Of a stretch of DNA of 64,000 nucleotides, positions 18,807-28,699 are shown one piece after another. The notes under the pieces are model-generated. The model searched no databases and had not been told where the DNA came from. It was given only the letters and a program-made list of their open reading frames with translations. How positions within the stretch are numbered: position 1 is the stretch's first letter; each line of letters starts with the position of its first letter. The DNA is from an uncultured Bacteroidales bacterium (GTDB lineage: Bacteria; Bacteroidota; Bacteroidia; Bacteroidales; TTA-H9), in the NCBI GenBank assembly GCA_964444785.1, contig CAYUII010000008.1:44776-108775 (forward strand). Reading direction: 5' to 3'. Made by a program: the position numbers and the translations under genes.

Positions 18807-19901
18807 CTATTTAATTAGCTCAGCCAGTTTCTTGCCAAGATCTTCTCCTCTTAGGTTTTTATCAACGATAACACCATTAGGATCGATAAGAACATTGGAA
18901 GGAATTGACATTACGCCATATAGTTTAGCAGGAGCACAATTCCACCCTTTCAGATCAGAGGCATGGAACCAAGTCATATTGTCTTTCTGAATAGCTTCAA
19001 GCCAAGGCTCACGTTTTGCATCTAAAGAGACTCCAAAGATGGTGAAGCCTTTGTCTTTGTATTGGGCATAGTTTGCGACTAAGTTGGGGTTCTCCATTCG
19101 GCAAGGACCGCACCATGAAGCCCAGAAATCAAGAAGAACATATTTGCCTTTGAAAGAGGACAAAGAGATCATGTTACCCGCAGAGTCAGCAACGCTAAAA
19201 TCAGGTGCTGGTTGTCCTTTGGCTACTTTTTTTAATAGCTCACTTCTTTTAACCAAGAACTGAGTGTATCCATTCTCTTTTATGTCGTTTCCAAAGATCG
19301 CAAGAACCGAGTCTAGTTGTTTCTCATCCATGGTATAGATCAGGTCTCTGCGAACCAGATAAGGTGCAATGGGCGAGTTGTTGTTCTTTTTTATAAACTC
19401 TTTAGTATACTCAGTTGAACGTTTTTCGAGCTCATTTAACTTTTCTTCCAGCTGTTTACCGGTGACAGAGTCTCCACTTTCGGCAGCCATTGTGTATTGT
19501 TGATAGAGCGATTCACCTTCGTCTCTGAAGGTTTTATATCCGGTGCGATACTCTACAAAGAGATCCTGTAGAGCTGATCCGGTCATCTTGGCTTCTGATA
19601 TGTTTGAAGCATCACCGGTCAATGTAAAGTTTGAATTATCGAGGAAAAAGGGAACAACGCCTTCGGTTTCTTTGAAGCTAATATTTGCCATAATAGCATC
19701 GTTACGCTCACCCTTGAACTCGAACTTACCACCCTCTGATTTAACAGAGTCAAGTATTACCATGCCGGTATCTGTTGATATCTGAAGAATTACCATTTGA
19801 TCGGGTAGATTCTTGAGATCACCTTTGATGGTAAATGAAGATGATTTACCACACGCAGCAACTATGGCTGTTAGAAGTAGAAAATAGAATACTCTTTTCA
19901 T
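18807..19901 (-). CDS. TlpA-family thiol:disulfide oxidoreductase lipoprotein (N-terminal DUF4369-like domain)
   Basis: It has a lipoprotein signal (LLTAIVAACG) and a thioredoxin-fold C-terminus with DFWASWCGPCRMENP. Confidence 0.8.
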   Translation of the reverse strand: MKRVFYFLLLTAIVAACGKSSSFTIKGDLKNLPDQMVILQISTDTGMVILDSVKSEGGKFEFKGERNDAIMANISFKETEGVVPFFLDNSNFTLTGDASNISEAKMTGSALQDLFVEYRTGYKTFRDEGESLYQQYTMAAESGDSVTGKQLEEKLNELEKRSTEYTKEFIKKNNNSPIAPYLVRRDLIYTMDEKQLDSVLAIFGNDIKENGYTQFLVKRSELLKKVAKGQPAPDFSVADSAGNMISLSSFKGKYVLLDFWASWCGPCRMENPNLVANYAQYKDKGFTIFGVSLDAKREPWLEAIQKDNMTWFHASDLKGWNCAPAKLYGVMSIPSNVLIDPNGVIVDKNLRGEDLGKKLAELIK

Positions 19902-19976
19902 TGTTTATGGTTTGGATGTACAAAGAAAATAATAATTACAATACAAAGTAAAACGAAGAGTGGAATATGGATCTAT

Positions 19977-20630
19977 TTATTCTGGCCTGTTCCAAGGGAT
20001 ATCCGAATCATCATCATCTGATTCGTCTTGGAAATAGGATACTGATTGTGGCCCTGCCGATTTAAAAGCAAAGGCCATTAACGTGCCCGACATGAACCCT
20101 CCGAGATGAGATTCCCATGAGATATTTTCATTAGGGAAGAACTGAGGGAAGATACCCCAAACCAAACCTCCATAAAGGAAGATAATGAGCAAGGAGAGGG
20201 TCATGAGGCGAGGGTTCTTTTTTATGATTCCACTGGTAAAGTGAAATGCAGCCAAAGAGTAAACGATGCCACTGGCTCCAATATGAACGCTATCTCTACC
20301 CATTAACCAGGTTAGTGCACCTGTCAATAGCCAGTTGGCGATCAGAATCTTCAGTGCTTCCCCTTTGTAGAGCTCAAAAAGAATCCATGTAAGAAAGAAT
20401 AGGGGAGCGGTGTTTGAGAAGAGGTGCTTAAAATCGGAGTGTACGAAGGGGGTCGTTACTATTCCTAATAATCCTGGGATGGTTAGAGGTCTTATTCCTA
20501 GAAATGTGAGGTCAAGTTGAAATGAAATCTCGAGGAGTTTGGTTAACCAGACTAGAAAAACTAAAGAAAAGGCAATGAATAACGATCTTTTTATCTGCTT
20601 CGCTTCGGGTTGATTCTCCAATTTTGTCAT
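19977..20630 (-). CDS. rhomboid-family intramembrane serine protease
   Basis: It is a multi-pass membrane protein with the catalytic GASGIVYSL (GxSG) and a downstream SHLGGF histidine motif. Confidence 0.8.
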   Translation of the reverse strand: MTKLENQPEAKQIKRSLFIAFSLVFLVWLTKLLEISFQLDLTFLGIRPLTIPGLLGIVTTPFVHSDFKHLFSNTAPLFFLTWILFELYKGEALKILIANWLLTGALTWLMGRDSVHIGASGIVYSLAAFHFTSGIIKKNPRLMTLSLLIIFLYGGLVWGIFPQFFPNENISWESHLGGFMSGTLMAFAFKSAGPQSVSYFQDESDDDDSDIPWNRPE

Positions 20631-20720
20631 GCGATATCAATTTTTTTATCTACTACACGGAGTGTGCCAGATCAATACTAATATCACTTTGTGTTTTAAT
20701 GCTACCAAATTCAGAAGATG

Positions 20721-22178
20721 TTACGGTTCTGTGACTTTTTTAGTTGTTACGAATTTATCATAGAGCAGTAGTGAAAGAAAGGCAACTATTCCAATCCCGG
20801 CAAAGATGAGCCCTATCCTCCATGGTTTCTCTTCCTGCCATAAAAGGTGTGTCAATTGGTCAGGTGTTAATGACATTTTTTCCGCAACTTTATTAAAATC
20901 AGCGGTACTATTGGTTGAGAAGGAGGCTCCTTGTAGTATTTCAGTGTGTCGGTCTAAGTAGTTTTTCAGTAGAGTCGTTTTATCTGCGATGCGCTCAAAA
21001 AGCGATCCTGAAAGAAATCCTGCCACAAGATTACCTATGGCGAGGGGTAGATAAGAACAGCCCATGTAAAGGGCTACTCTTCCATCAGGGGCTATCCGAC
21101 CAATATACTCACTTACTTTTGGCGAGGTACTCATCTCTCCAATTCCAAAGAGAAGGATTGAGAAAAAGAGAAACATCGGATTTTTAAAAGCAAACATGAA
21201 GAAAATGCCTATGGTCATAATCAATATCCCACTTGTCATGGTTTTTAAAGGTTTAAAGCGCATGACAAATCCTGAGATCATAACTTGAAAAAGTATAATG
21301 TAGAAGGCATCAATATTGGTTAAGACTTCCGGATTAATGGTGCCTTCAGTGGTTCCAATGGACTGAGCCAAGGAGGGGGATAGGTTTTCTAAGGAGCGAT
21401 AGACTATGGAGGTATCCATCCATTGGTCAATAAACACGGGTAAACTGTAAAAAAGTTGAAAGTATACCGACCAGAACCCAGCGATTATTAGCAGAAATAG
21501 GGCAAAGCGCCAGTCTTTAATAACAGAGATAATATTCAGGCCAATGGACTTTAACTCAGAAAAAAGACGTTCCCCTTTAGTATAGGTTGTGGGCTCCTTA
21601 AAGAAAAGAATAAGAAGTAATGTATTAAAGGCTATGATAACACTTGAAACAATAAAGACATAGTCCCAGTCTAGTGCTCTCATTTTAGCGGCAACCAAAG
21701 GACCAATGAAAGCCCCTATGTTAACAATCATATAGAAGAGCCCAAAGCCTATACTAGAAGTCTCTTCATCGGTTGTTTTGGCAATGGTGGCTCCAATAAC
21801 CGGTTTGAACATCGATCCACCTACTGCGATAAGTAAGTATACAAGGAAGACACCAGTAAAACTAGTTACTTGGGTAAGTAACAGATACCCGGTCATCAGG
21901 ATGATGAAAGAGATGAGTAAAACCTTTTTATACCCATATCGATCGGCTAATGCCCCTGTAATAACGGGTAATAAATAAAGAAGAAAGGTACCCGTTCCCA
22001 TGATGATGCCTTTCTCTGTCTGTGAAAAGCCTAAAGCACCCGAGGCTTTGTCATGGGTTAGATAGAGTGCTAAGACCGCAAAGATACCGTACCAAGCCCA
22101 ACGTTCGAATAGCTCCATGGTATTGGCAGTCCAGAATGTTCTTGGAAACTTCTTGAATACTTTGATAAATCGGTTCAT
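20721..22178 (-). CDS. proton-dependent oligopeptide transporter (POT/PTR2, MFS)
   Basis: It has the N-terminal motif TMELFERWAWYGIFAVLALYL (ExxERF-type) and a 12+ TM profile. Confidence 0.8.
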   Translation of the reverse strand: MNRFIKVFKKFPRTFWTANTMELFERWAWYGIFAVLALYLTHDKASGALGFSQTEKGIIMGTGTFLLYLLPVITGALADRYGYKKVLLISFIILMTGYLLLTQVTSFTGVFLVYLLIAVGGSMFKPVIGATIAKTTDEETSSIGFGLFYMIVNIGAFIGPLVAAKMRALDWDYVFIVSSVIIAFNTLLLILFFKEPTTYTKGERLFSELKSIGLNIISVIKDWRFALFLLIIAGFWSVYFQLFYSLPVFIDQWMDTSIVYRSLENLSPSLAQSIGTTEGTINPEVLTNIDAFYIILFQVMISGFVMRFKPLKTMTSGILIMTIGIFFMFAFKNPMFLFFSILLFGIGEMSTSPKVSEYIGRIAPDGRVALYMGCSYLPLAIGNLVAGFLSGSLFERIADKTTLLKNYLDRHTEILQGASFSTNSTADFNKVAEKMSLTPDQLTHLLWQEEKPWRIGLIFAGIGIVAFLSLLLYDKFVTTKKVTEP

Positions 22179-22256
22179 ATAGGGTAATTGAGTTCAGCGT
22201 GAGGCTTTGTGGTATTAAGGAAAATGGAGCTACAAGGAACCGGTTGATAAAAAAAA

Positions 22257-22291
22257 GCCACAGAATTAACCAATTCTGTGGCAAAGATCTT
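22257..22291 (-). terminator. rho-independent terminator of the 22304-22711 lipoprotein gene
   Basis: A perfect 11-bp stem GCCACAGAATT / AATTCTGTGGC has a 4-nt loop. An A9 run on the + strand is a U-run on the - strand. Confidence 0.8.
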
Positions 22292-22303
22292 AGTTAATGT
22301 CTT

Positions 22304-22711
22304 TTACGGCAAGACATATTTGACTGCGACGAAGTTGGTGTCGCAGAGTAAAGGAGTAGGACAACTATCTATGGCAGAAACAACTGCCTCATCATCTACG
22401 ATGATTGAGATTAACATGTTTGCACTATCTGACTTAGTCATTGCAGATAGGTACAAATCATTAAAGGTGGTTCCGTTAAACTCAAAAGACCATTGACTAA
22501 TGGTGTCAAAATATTCAGTCACCAAGTTCGAATACTTTGGGTTTCTATATGTAATATAGAAATTTGATTTTTGTCTCATCAAACTGGTAACTACATATTT
22601 TACCTTATAAGACTTTTGAGGTCTTGTTACATCATCTGTACTGCATGCCCAAAAAAAGGAGAGAGAAACGGCTATAACCAGTACTAAATATGGAAGTTTC
22701 TTTAGGTTCAT
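22304..22711 (-). CDS. hypothetical lipoprotein
   Basis: MNLKKLPYLVLVIAVSLSFFWAC is a lipobox-type signal. No recognisable domain. It is followed by a strong intrinsic terminator at 22257-22291. Confidence 0.5.
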   Translation of the reverse strand: MNLKKLPYLVLVIAVSLSFFWACSTDDVTRPQKSYKVKYVVTSLMRQKSNFYITYRNPKYSNLVTEYFDTISQWSFEFNGTTFNDLYLSAMTKSDSANMLISIIVDDEAVVSAIDSCPTPLLCDTNFVAVKYVLP

Positions 22712-22990
22712 GATAAGTGGCTGATTAGAACTTAGCAAACTTACTTTATTTTTGAATTGTTTCAACATTTTTGTATGATTGATGAAAAAAAAATGATGGT
22801 CATTTATATGGATACACTCTGGGAAAATGGTTTTTTTATTATGTAACTAGTTTTATATTAGTTAATTGGTTGGCAAAATGAGGCTTAATCAAAAATGGCG
22901 GAGTTTCTGTTTGATCGAAGCAAAAAGAGAGGATGGGGAGGGATTCACTTCAAAGAACAGCGGTCTAGGGTGAGAATGGAGAAGGGACGA

Positions 22991-24364
22991 TTATTTTCTT
23001 TTCTGAAATCTATTGAAATGGAGGAGCCAGTATAGTAGGGCAGAAAGAAGAGCAAAGCTAATGAAGAAGATCATTAGTTTAAAAGATTTCGCGGAGTGTT
23101 CATCTAACAATTTTGCTTTCTTGGCAAAAGATTTAGCGTTTTGAACATAGAGATTAAAGTTAGAGTCTACGATTGTTGCTTTCTGGTTATATTTTTCAAG
23201 GGTGTCGAGCATGGCGTTAAACTTCTTTAGATAGAGAGCAGAACTATCCTGTTGATCTGTTTTTAAGTAGGTGGTATATAGGGCTCTGTATGCATCAGTA
23301 AGGGTTTTAGTCATACCTGCTTTTTTTGCATAGAAGACAGATTCTCTATAAGAGACAATAGCCTCATTGAAGTTTTTGAAATCATATTGGGCATTCCCGA
23401 TCTGAAGCATGATTGGCCCCATTTGCCTATAGTTTTCACCTATTAGCGTAAGCGACCGAGCACGAGCAAGATGTTGTCGGGCTTTTGGAATTGAATCGAG
23501 AGCAGCGAGGATAAGTCCTTTCTGGAGATGAGCATTAGCAGATATCTCCTGAATGTTTAATGCATTTTTAGTTTTTAAGACCTGATCGCAGAGATGGAGC
23601 GATTTTAGGAACTCCTTCTTTTTATAGGCAACTTCAGAAAGATTGAGTTTAATGATGAGTTTATCTTCCGGAAGATTTAGGGAGTCGGCCAGAGAAGATG
23701 CTTTAAGAAAAAGGGATTCAGCACGAAGAAGAGCTCCGGTTTTAATGAAATAGACGCCTTTGTTTATATAATAGTCAAGTCTACCAGCTGGAGAGTGGTA
23801 TAGTCTTGATTCAATGAGTAAGGAATCTAACATAAGTGTTGCCTTGGCGAACTGTTCCATGTCTATGTAAAGGGTTGCCAAAGCATTTCGGGTTATAAGC
23901 ATCCCACGTATATCGGAATGGCTTTTGTCATTCTCCATGGAAAATCTATACAGCTTTAGGGCATTTAGGTAATGGCCATTATCGTGTTCAATAAGTGCAA
24001 TGTTATGTAGAATTGAACTTATTCCAGTCTTATCATTGAGATTAGAATAAAGAATGAGGGCTTTGATATAGTTTTTTCGAGCTTCTACCCGCTCGCCAAG
24101 GTAGTAGGAGGCAGTAGCATAAGTCTCAATCGCCCAGGCAAGCATTTGTGGATCAAAATTTTCCTCCCCGAGACTAAGAGCCTCTCTTGCCTTTGCTTGT
24201 GACTCTTTCGGATTAACGATTAAATATCTATCTGAAAGGTCTATTAATGAATCAATCGCTTTGAGGTCACGCCGCTGAGGTGACTGACCACTTACCTGCA
24301 TTATTGCGCATAAAAACCAGATTAATAGTAGATGCTTGTAAATCGTAGTGTTCATCGAAGTCAA
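22991..24364 (-). CDS. tetratricopeptide-repeat protein with a C-terminal membrane anchor
   Basis: It has a signal peptide, repeated TPR-like A/Y/L-patterned helices throughout and a C-terminal TM segment (LMIFFISFALLSALLYWLL). Confidence 0.6.
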   Translation of the reverse strand: MTSMNTTIYKHLLLIWFLCAIMQVSGQSPQRRDLKAIDSLIDLSDRYLIVNPKESQAKAREALSLGEENFDPQMLAWAIETYATASYYLGERVEARKNYIKALILYSNLNDKTGISSILHNIALIEHDNGHYLNALKLYRFSMENDKSHSDIRGMLITRNALATLYIDMEQFAKATLMLDSLLIESRLYHSPAGRLDYYINKGVYFIKTGALLRAESLFLKASSLADSLNLPEDKLIIKLNLSEVAYKKKEFLKSLHLCDQVLKTKNALNIQEISANAHLQKGLILAALDSIPKARQHLARARSLTLIGENYRQMGPIMLQIGNAQYDFKNFNEAIVSYRESVFYAKKAGMTKTLTDAYRALYTTYLKTDQQDSSALYLKKFNAMLDTLEKYNQKATIVDSNFNLYVQNAKSFAKKAKLLDEHSAKSFKLMIFFISFALLSALLYWLLHFNRFQKRK

Positions 24365-24371
24365 TTAGATA

Positions 24372-25286
24372 TCATTCTACCGATATGTATGGTTTGAGTT
24401 TTTGATATAATTCCGGATACATTCCATCTAGTTGCTCTAGTTCTTCAATTTGACTAAACCCATGATAACGATCCCGGTATTTTACAATTGCTTTAACAAT
24501 ATAGTATGGAAGGTAGGGATGCTTTAGTAGAGTTTTAAAATCAGCCTGATTTATCGCAATTTTTCTTATCTGTAGGGTATCAATGAATAATCTTGCAGCC
24601 AAGTTAGAAAATTTTGCACTATCTACTCCAAATACCTCTAAAAGTTGTTCTATTTTATAGAATCCTCCTAACCTATTCCTGTAATTAACTATTCTTCTGG
24701 CGAATACTGATCCTATTCCTCTTACTCTTGTTAACATTGCTGAGTCGGCATTATTAAGTTCAATTATTTCATCCGTTTTGTTTGATGTGTACCGAGGTGG
24801 ATATTTCTTATCTAAAGGAGGAGCCGAATCCGGAAGCAGAATATAGGGCTCCAATCGTTTATAGGTTTCATCATCTACTACATATAGTTTACTTAGATCC
24901 TTCTTTATTCTGAACTTCCCACCACTTTGTTTGTATTTGAGTATCGAGGCTGCCTGTCTCTTACTAAATCCTAATTTTACCCATCCTACTGAATCTAATG
25001 CGTTGGGATCAAATGGAAATGGATCTGATCTTCTTATTCTGTCATGGGTGCCTGATCGCAAATCATTCTTTGTTCTCTCTTTTTGATACGTTTTTTGCTT
25101 TTTACTAATTAACTTATCCAGATCTTCCTTTATTCCGGTGTCTTTTAATGGAATTTTATTAACCTCACGGTCAAATTTTAAGAAGAAAGTTATTGCTGTA
25201 CCGATGAGTATAAGTATCAGTAATACAGTGATTCCACGAATCTCACCTGGTGTAAATCCTGAAAAAAATGGCCCTTTACTTCGCAT
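24372..25286 (-). CDS. helix-hairpin-helix (ComEA-like) DNA-binding domain protein, membrane anchored
   Basis: It has an N-terminal TM segment. HhH-like repeats include LTRVRGIGSVFARRIVNYR and GWVKLGFSKRQAASILKY. It sits 8 bp downstream of the TPR gene, so the two are probably co-transcribed. Confidence 0.6.
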   Translation of the reverse strand: MRSKGPFFSGFTPGEIRGITVLLILILIGTAITFFLKFDREVNKIPLKDTGIKEDLDKLISKKQKTYQKERTKNDLRSGTHDRIRRSDPFPFDPNALDSVGWVKLGFSKRQAASILKYKQSGGKFRIKKDLSKLYVVDDETYKRLEPYILLPDSAPPLDKKYPPRYTSNKTDEIIELNNADSAMLTRVRGIGSVFARRIVNYRNRLGGFYKIEQLLEVFGVDSAKFSNLAARLFIDTLQIRKIAINQADFKTLLKHPYLPYYIVKAIVKYRDRYHGFSQIEELEQLDGMYPELYQKLKPYISVE

Positions 25287-25426
25287 AAAATTTGAACTTT
25301 AACTACAAGTTACTAAATTTGGCTCCTTAAAAAAATCTGACCAATTGGTTAATAATTTTTAAAGAAAGAAGGGTATCTATAGAACATTTGCATTTAAAAT
25401 CTGTTGTTAACAACCAAATAACCAGC

Positions 25427-25882
25427 ATGAGTAAAAAAATTCAATTATTAGTTCTGGCACTCACCATGGTAGTGATGCTTCCAGTAAGTGCGCAAAAGAG
25501 GGCTTCTGATATTGTTGGATTCTGGCTGAGTCAGGAAGGCAATGCTAAAGTTGAGATTTATAAAAGCGGAGATAAGTATTATGGTAAGATTGTCTGGCTC
25601 AAGACGCCGATAGATCCGGTAACTAAAAAAGAGAAAGTTGATTCTAAGAATCCGGATAACTCATTAAAGCATCGTCCAATTGTGAATCTTGAGATATTAA
25701 AACATTTCACTTTTAATGGTAAAGATGAGTGGAATGATGGTGCTTTATATGATCCAAAGAGTGGAAAGACTTATAGCTGTCTCATAAGGTTTGAGGAGGC
25801 AGACAAACTAAAGATTAGAGGCTACATTGGTGTAAGCCTGATTGGCAAAACAACCTACTGGACACGTACCACTAAGCCATAA
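25427..25882 (+). CDS. DUF2147-family periplasmic protein
   Basis: A signal peptide is followed by GFWLSQEGNAKVEIYKSGDKYYGKIVWL...DGALYDPKSGKTYSCLI...LKIRGYIG, the typical DUF2147 pattern. The track start at 25388 is TTG, so ATG 25427 is preferred. Confidence 0.65.
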   Translation: MSKKIQLLVLALTMVVMLPVSAQKRASDIVGFWLSQEGNAKVEIYKSGDKYYGKIVWLKTPIDPVTKKEKVDSKNPDNSLKHRPIVNLEILKHFTFNGKDEWNDGALYDPKSGKTYSCLIRFEEADKLKIRGYIGVSLIGKTTYWTRTTKP

Positions 25883-25984
25883 ATGCTTAAGTGAATTCTA
25901 ACAATGGAGATGGAATCATCCTTCCTATAAAATTGTACCTAGCCGTTATTTGCGGTCATTCATTAATTTAAATTTGATCTTTCT

Positions 25985-27199
25985 ATGCGGAAGACTCTTC
26001 TACTTGTAACCTGTCTGCTCATAGTTGCCGGTGATATTTTTGCCGGAGGCTATCAAGTAAGACTTCAAGGCTCACGCCAAATAGGCATGGGGCTAACCGG
26101 CACTGCGCTCAACGGGGGTGCATCTAACATCTTTTATAACCCGGGCGGAATGGGTTTCTTTAAAAACCGCTATGACTTCACTCTCGGAGCAAGCGCTGTC
26201 TTCTCCAAAATTTCTTATCAATCAATAGAATCTGACTATTCTGCAAAAACGGATAACCCGGTAAGTCCCCCGTTCTTCTTCTATGGAATGGCTAAAATTA
26301 CTGATAAACTGACAGCTGGCCTTGGTGTCTATACTCCCTACGGAAGTCGCACAGAATGGCCTTCTGACTGGAAAGGAAGAAACCTTATTCAGAATATCGG
26401 TCTGCGGGCATACTTTATTCAACCTACTTTAAATTATATGCTTACAGATAATTTAGGCATAGGAGCTGGTTTTGTCTTTGTCACTGGCAAAGTAGAGATT
26501 GATAAGGGGCTTAACTATAATGGCACTTCTTCAGCGAATCTTAAAGGGACTACTTCTGCTATGGGATTTAATGTAGGGGTAACCTATCAGCCCATCTCTG
26601 AATTGACACTTGGGCTAAGTTATCGCTCAAAAGTTTCAATGGAGTTAACCGATGGGGATGCTACTTTTAATTTGCCTCAATCGGTAACTGCCTTAGTTCC
26701 TGCCACCAACAGTTTTGATGCAACGCTTCCTTTACCTGCAAATCTGGATTTTGGTGTTGCATGGCAGGTCAATAGTAAATTACTCCTTACTGCTGAATTG
26801 AACTATGTTTTTTGGAGTACCTATGATACGCTATCTTTTTCTTTTAAAGAGTCAGGTGAGTTGCTAAACTCTGATAACCCAAGAATGTATTCTGACAGAA
26901 TAATACCAAGAATCGGTGCTGAATATGTGGTTAATGATAAGTTCACTGTTCGTGCAGGGGTCTATTATGATTCAACCCCAACCGATGAAGAGTATTTTAA
27001 TCCGGAGACAGTCAGTTTAAATACCATTGGCTTAACGCTTGGACTTTCCTATAAGCCTATCGAGAAGCTTACCATTGATCTGAGCTATTTACAGTTGCAT
27101 GGCCTAGAGAGTGAGCGTTCGTATAAACCTGCTAATTTCACAGGTAAGTATAAGTCGTTATCAATGATTCCCGGTATCGGTATTCATTACAGTTTCTAA
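25985..27199 (+). CDS. outer-membrane transport protein, OMPP1/FadL/TodX family
   Basis: It has a signal peptide, an N-terminal GGYQVRLQGSRQIGMGLTGTA hatch-like segment, beta-barrel periodicity and a terminal aromatic residue (..GIHYSF). Confidence 0.7.
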   Translation: MRKTLLLVTCLLIVAGDIFAGGYQVRLQGSRQIGMGLTGTALNGGASNIFYNPGGMGFFKNRYDFTLGASAVFSKISYQSIESDYSAKTDNPVSPPFFFYGMAKITDKLTAGLGVYTPYGSRTEWPSDWKGRNLIQNIGLRAYFIQPTLNYMLTDNLGIGAGFVFVTGKVEIDKGLNYNGTSSANLKGTTSAMGFNVGVTYQPISELTLGLSYRSKVSMELTDGDATFNLPQSVTALVPATNSFDATLPLPANLDFGVAWQVNSKLLLTAELNYVFWSTYDTLSFSFKESGELLNSDNPRMYSDRIIPRIGAEYVVNDKFTVRAGVYYDSTPTDEEYFNPETVSLNTIGLTLGLSYKPIEKLTIDLSYLQLHGLESERSYKPANFTGKYKSLSMIPGIGIHYSF

Positions 27200-27217
27200 T
27201 AATTGGAGAATTACATC

Positions 27218-28612
27218 ATGAGAAAAATATTACTTTTAATACCCGCCGCTCTAATTCTCTTCGCCGGGTGTGATAACAAAATCGATGAGTTTGAAGCTTC
27301 TGCCGGAACGGCGGATTTCACAAAATATGTTTCTTTAGGAAACTCGCTTACCGCTGGATATGCCGATGGAGCTCTTTATCATTCAGCTCAACAGAATGCC
27401 TATCCTGTGATTATGGCTGCTCAATTTGCAAAAGTTGGAGGGGGGGCTTTTACCATCCCTGTAGTTAATAGCGAAGAGGGTGTTCTTCCCGGCAAACGGG
27501 TTCTTGGCTATTCCATAGGTTGTGATAATGTAACGTCATTAGCACCGGTTCTTTCTAACGGTACTACTTTCGATGGCATTACACCGGTTGGATATAGTGT
27601 TAATAACTTCGGTGTTCCGGGTGCTAAATCATTTCACTTAGTGGTTCCTAATTATGGTAACCCCTTAGGATTACTTACTAATCCGATCACAGCAAATCCA
27701 TATTTTGTTCGTTTTGCCTCTTCTCCTACAACCAGTGTGATTCAAGATGCCGTAGCTGCTAATGCCACGTTCTTCTCACTCTGGATAGGCAACAACGATG
27801 TTCTGGGTTATGCTACCTCAGGGGGCGATGAGGGTTCAGAAGCGATCACTGGCGATGCTTTATTCAGCGCTTCTATCAATGCGATTCTAGGTCAAATGAC
27901 TCAAAATGGAGCTAAGGGTGTGGTTGCTAATCTCCCCGATGTCATTGCTGTACCCTTCTTTAATACGGTTCCTTATAATGGATTGGTGTTAACCGAAGCG
28001 CAAGCTGCCCAATTAGATGGTGCTTACCGTTTGGTGGAAGCGGGTATCTCACAGATGATCGGAGCCCCATTCACCTTAGATGTTCATTTTAAAGCAGGTG
28101 CCAATGGCTTTGTGATCCAGGATCCTTCTGTTTCTGCTTTACCTATCCCTTCTTATTATAAGGTTCGTCAACTAAAGGAGGGTGAATTGGTTCTCTTGAC
28201 CGTACCCCAAGATTCTTTGAAATGCTATGGTATGGGTAGCTTCGATGTATCAGCGAGTCGCCCTTATGGCATTCCTGGTAAATTCATTCTTGATGCGTCA
28301 GAAATCGCGAAGATTCAGACGGCTACAACTTCATTTAATACGATCCTGCAAACCATGGCTAATCAGTATAACTTAGCCTTTGCCGATGTTAATGGCCTAA
28401 TGAAGCGTGCTCAGAGTGGTCTGGTTTATGATGGGGTTACCATGACAGCAAAATTCGTTACTGGTGGAATCTTCTCCCTTGATGGTGTTCACCTTAACGG
28501 ACAAGGAAATGCGGTAGTTGCGAATACTTTTATTGATGCAATCAACAAAAAGTACAATGCAGCTATTCCTAAAGCAAGTATTACTGAGTTCCCTGGGGTT
28601 AAGTTCCCGTAA
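27218..28612 (+). CDS. SGNH/GDSL-like hydrolase lipoprotein
   Basis: It has the lipobox LILFAGC, a block I-like VSLGNSLTAGY, a block III-like WIGNNDV and block V DGVHLN (DxxH). It lies 3 bp after the FadL-like gene. Confidence 0.65.
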   Translation: MRKILLLIPAALILFAGCDNKIDEFEASAGTADFTKYVSLGNSLTAGYADGALYHSAQQNAYPVIMAAQFAKVGGGAFTIPVVNSEEGVLPGKRVLGYSIGCDNVTSLAPVLSNGTTFDGITPVGYSVNNFGVPGAKSFHLVVPNYGNPLGLLTNPITANPYFVRFASSPTTSVIQDAVAANATFFSLWIGNNDVLGYATSGGDEGSEAITGDALFSASINAILGQMTQNGAKGVVANLPDVIAVPFFNTVPYNGLVLTEAQAAQLDGAYRLVEAGISQMIGAPFTLDVHFKAGANGFVIQDPSVSALPIPSYYKVRQLKEGELVLLTVPQDSLKCYGMGSFDVSASRPYGIPGKFILDASEIAKIQTATTSFNTILQTMANQYNLAFADVNGLMKRAQSGLVYDGVTMTAKFVTGGIFSLDGVHLNGQGNAVVANTFIDAINKKYNAAIPKASITEFPGVKFP

Positions 28613-28632
28613 ATTTAAAACCTAAAACGCAT

Positions 28633-28678
28633 AAGCGATGGTAGAGGTACTGTTTGACAGACACCTCTACCATCGCTT
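28633..28678. terminator. hairpin between the convergent SGNH-hydrolase and aconitase genes
   Basis: A perfect 16-bp stem AAGCGATGGTAGAGGT / ACCTCTACCATCGCTT has a 14-nt loop. Confidence 0.75.
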
Positions 28679-28699
28679 GTTTATGGAGATATTCTCGGT

